Source: Nitrosopumilaceae archaeon
Lineage (GTDB): Archaea; Thermoproteota; Nitrososphaeria; Nitrososphaerales; Nitrosopumilaceae
Length of the DNA stretch: 64,000 bases
Assembly (NCBI GenBank): GCA_965207375.1
Contig: CBDBMG010000003.1
Location: forward strand, 96,001-160,000
Direction of reading: 5' to 3'
A model generated the notes under the pieces. It was not told the DNA's origin, made no database searches, and saw nothing but the letters and a program-made list of their open reading frames with translations. The translations under genes and the position numbers were made by a program. This document shows positions 61,901 through 64,000 of the stretch, piece after piece. The stretch's first letter is position 1. Each line of letters opens with the position of its first letter.

Positions 61901-61990
61901 GGAGTCAGCACCGGGTTCAAAGTTTAAAGAGAGGAAAATAACATGCCACTCATGTCATGTGTTACGTGTTCGTCTGTAGATTTCTAAAAT
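58990..61990. mobile_element. Scrambled, decayed non-LTR retrotransposon fragments on both strands, interrupted by MITEs
   Basis: - strand RT pieces (GVPQG..FGP, YADD-like, LGIYFDRKLAW-like); + strand endonuclease/RT pieces (IIIVGDFNVH, SDH); - strand RHGGGVLL endonuclease piece. Confidence 0.7.
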
Positions 61991-62302
61991 GGCACGTGTG
62001 TGTGCTGTTTTGACCTTTGCAGCACATGTATGTGCTGGTAGGACCTTTGCGGCACGTGTGTGCGCTGGTATGACCCTTGCAGCACGTGTGTGTGCTGGTA
62101 TGACCTTTACAGCACGTGTGTGTGTGCTGGTATGACCTTTGCAGCACGTGTGTGTGCTGGTAGGACCTTAGTGGTATGTGTGTGTGTGTGCTGTTTTGAC
62201 TTTTGCAGCACGTGTGTGTGCTGATAGGACCTTTGCAGCATGTGCGTGTGCTGGTATAACCTTTGCAGCATGCTGGTATGACCTTTGTGGCCATGTGTGT
62301 GC
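61990..62302. repeat. ~30-33-bp minisatellite
   Basis: Unit gacctttgcagcacgtgtgtgtgctggta(t/g), about 10 copies. Confidence 0.95.
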
Positions 62303-62712
62303 TGCCCAGAGAATAATACTTAATTTGTTTTAATGCCCCCGCCCCTTAACAATTTCCTCGGTTGCCCTGTATCACCCAAAATACTGGTTTAGTAAGTGTT
62401 ATAGATGGTATGTATATATGCTATGTGTGCGCGGTGTGGTGGCTGGGTGGCTCATTACCTCACGTAACTGCGTGAGAAAAAGTACATTGTTTAGGTCAAT
62501 GACTTGTGTAATTGTGCATGGACAGTAATCATTGTTTTTCAGCATGTAAATGACTTTAATTTGCCTTGGACTCATGCAGCTATATACGTAATAACTAAGA
62601 TATCATACTCATAATAGTGATATAACTAATACGTATAGCATGTTATGGTTTCGTCAGGTTAAACAAAGAAAACTGGAGAGGATTTTGAATTCTGCAGACG
62701 AAGAAGAAGGTA

Positions 62713-62907
62713 CCGTATAGCGCAAAACTTTGGCGGAGGAAAACTTTGGCAAATTCTTGAAACTCGCCAAAATTTAACCCTCCAATTTTTAAAAATATAA
62801 TTATTTAAAAGGATTGGAGGATTTGATTCGCCAAAGTTTTACTCGCCAAAATACTGCAGGAGCAAATTCGCCAAAGTTTTCCTCCGCCAAAGTTTCACGC
62901 TATACGG
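62713..62907. mobile_element. TA-flanked CCGTATA MITE
   Basis: ta-ccgtatagcgcaaaactttggcggaggaaaactttggc / gccaaagttttcctccgccaaagtttcacgctatacgg-ta. Confidence 0.85.
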
Positions 62908-63359
62908 TATTTTACATGAGCAACAGCCACTTTATATCGACAATGATGAAGGAAAAATCAAGTGTTTTGGTGCAAGGATCTTTTTTGTGGGAGTGAATTG
63001 TTGAAGCACATCAATCAACTTGTTCACTGTTCAAGTACACAGCAAAAAATGAAAAAAGTTTTTGTACGACAAGGCGGAGGTCAACGTGATCTTAGGGAAT
63101 ATAATTATGTTACCTGACCTTAATTTTGATCTGTAGCTAACTAGCTATGTTATGTATCATTATGCAGTTAGTTATACATGCACAGTAGCTGTAGTATTTT
63201 ACATGCATGCTATTATTGTATGTACATATAGTGCAAGTTCATGATAAAAGTGAAATCTCATTACTATCCATCAGTAAAAAAGAATCTGATAAGTGCTTTG
63301 AAAGTATAGCAATCTTTTCTGTGCTCATAACATCATTTATGATCGCCATTTGCTTTGTA

Positions 63360-63625
63360 GATGATATCCTATGCCACAATCAAACATCTACTAAACTTAT
63401 CCAGATGGATTCACAAAATCATAGAAATTTGTATTAAGAAGAAACTGCAAAAATTACAAGCTGGTAAAAGGCAAGCTGTATTACAAGAATCAAAACCCAG
63501 ATGGAACCTTGATTGACTAAGAAATGAAACAGACAGGGTTTTCTTGAATGTCACCTCACTGCAGGAGGGGGGATGCTACCATTGGGAAAGTAAAAGAGCG
63601 ATATTATTGGCCAAATTGAAATTGA
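63360..63625 (+). pseudogene. Ginger/GIN1-like integrase N-terminal relic (YP motif and H2C2 zinc-finger start)
   Basis: Across frameshifts reads YPDGFTKS*KFVLRRNCKNYKLVKGKLYYK...LECHLTAGG..DATIGKVKERYYWPN. Confidence 0.65.
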
Positions 63626-64000
63626 CCAAAAGTATATACGTACGTATAAATAGCTACTTTTATCTTGACTATATACATAGATTGGTTATAGCTCTCTAAA
63701 CCATATACGTACATGCAGCTAACTATTATATAGTGCTACATGCATGGGCTGTCACTATTCACTGGACTGGATTCTAACCTCTAATTCACTGGACTGCTCT
63801 CTAAACCATTGGATTCTAATTGTATATTATAGCTAGTTAACTATATGTTTATGTAGCTATGGCCAACTTAATATTTCTGCATGTCTGCATATCATTACAG
63901 CATAACTCTATGTAGCTACAGCTATAGCTAGCCATAGCTGTAGCTGTATACGTAGGTTATAGACCTTGAAAAGCAAAGTTTTGGGTTTTACGATTCATTG

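Noticed and set aside
61962-62294. Cys/His-rich 110-aa ORF resembling metallothionein or a zinc finger
   Set aside because: Translation of the minisatellite

Overview
AT-rich, intron-containing eukaryotic (animal) DNA; short introns, TAGCTA-rich spacers and TRAF/death-domain genes suggest a basal metazoan such as a sponge (inference). No prokaryotic features or CRISPR. Host genes: a TRAF-family gene (- strand, 4 exons found, frameshift in the MATH domain, no RING exons found); mLST8 (- strand, 8 exons, last WD40 exon not found) head-to-head with a complete 8-exon POLD2, the ATGs ~105 bp apart; intronic tRNA-Asn(GTT) and tRNA-Arg(TCT); and a death-domain terminal exon. From ~29 kb on, the window is mostly transposon-derived: a decayed RecQ-type helicase (AcademH-like, with TAG..CTA/9-bp-TSD MITEs elsewhere in the window), two decayed G2E3-like HECT E3 ligase genes beside an open, spliced IS3/IS481-like DDE integrase (candidate integrase + ubiquitin-ligase mobile cassette), a Ginger-like relic, LINE fragments, a Helentron/DINE-like element with a higher-order minisatellite, Sola1-like, Tc1/mariner-like and MULE-like MITEs, and several long palindromes. 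All exon coordinates and family calls were made by eye.
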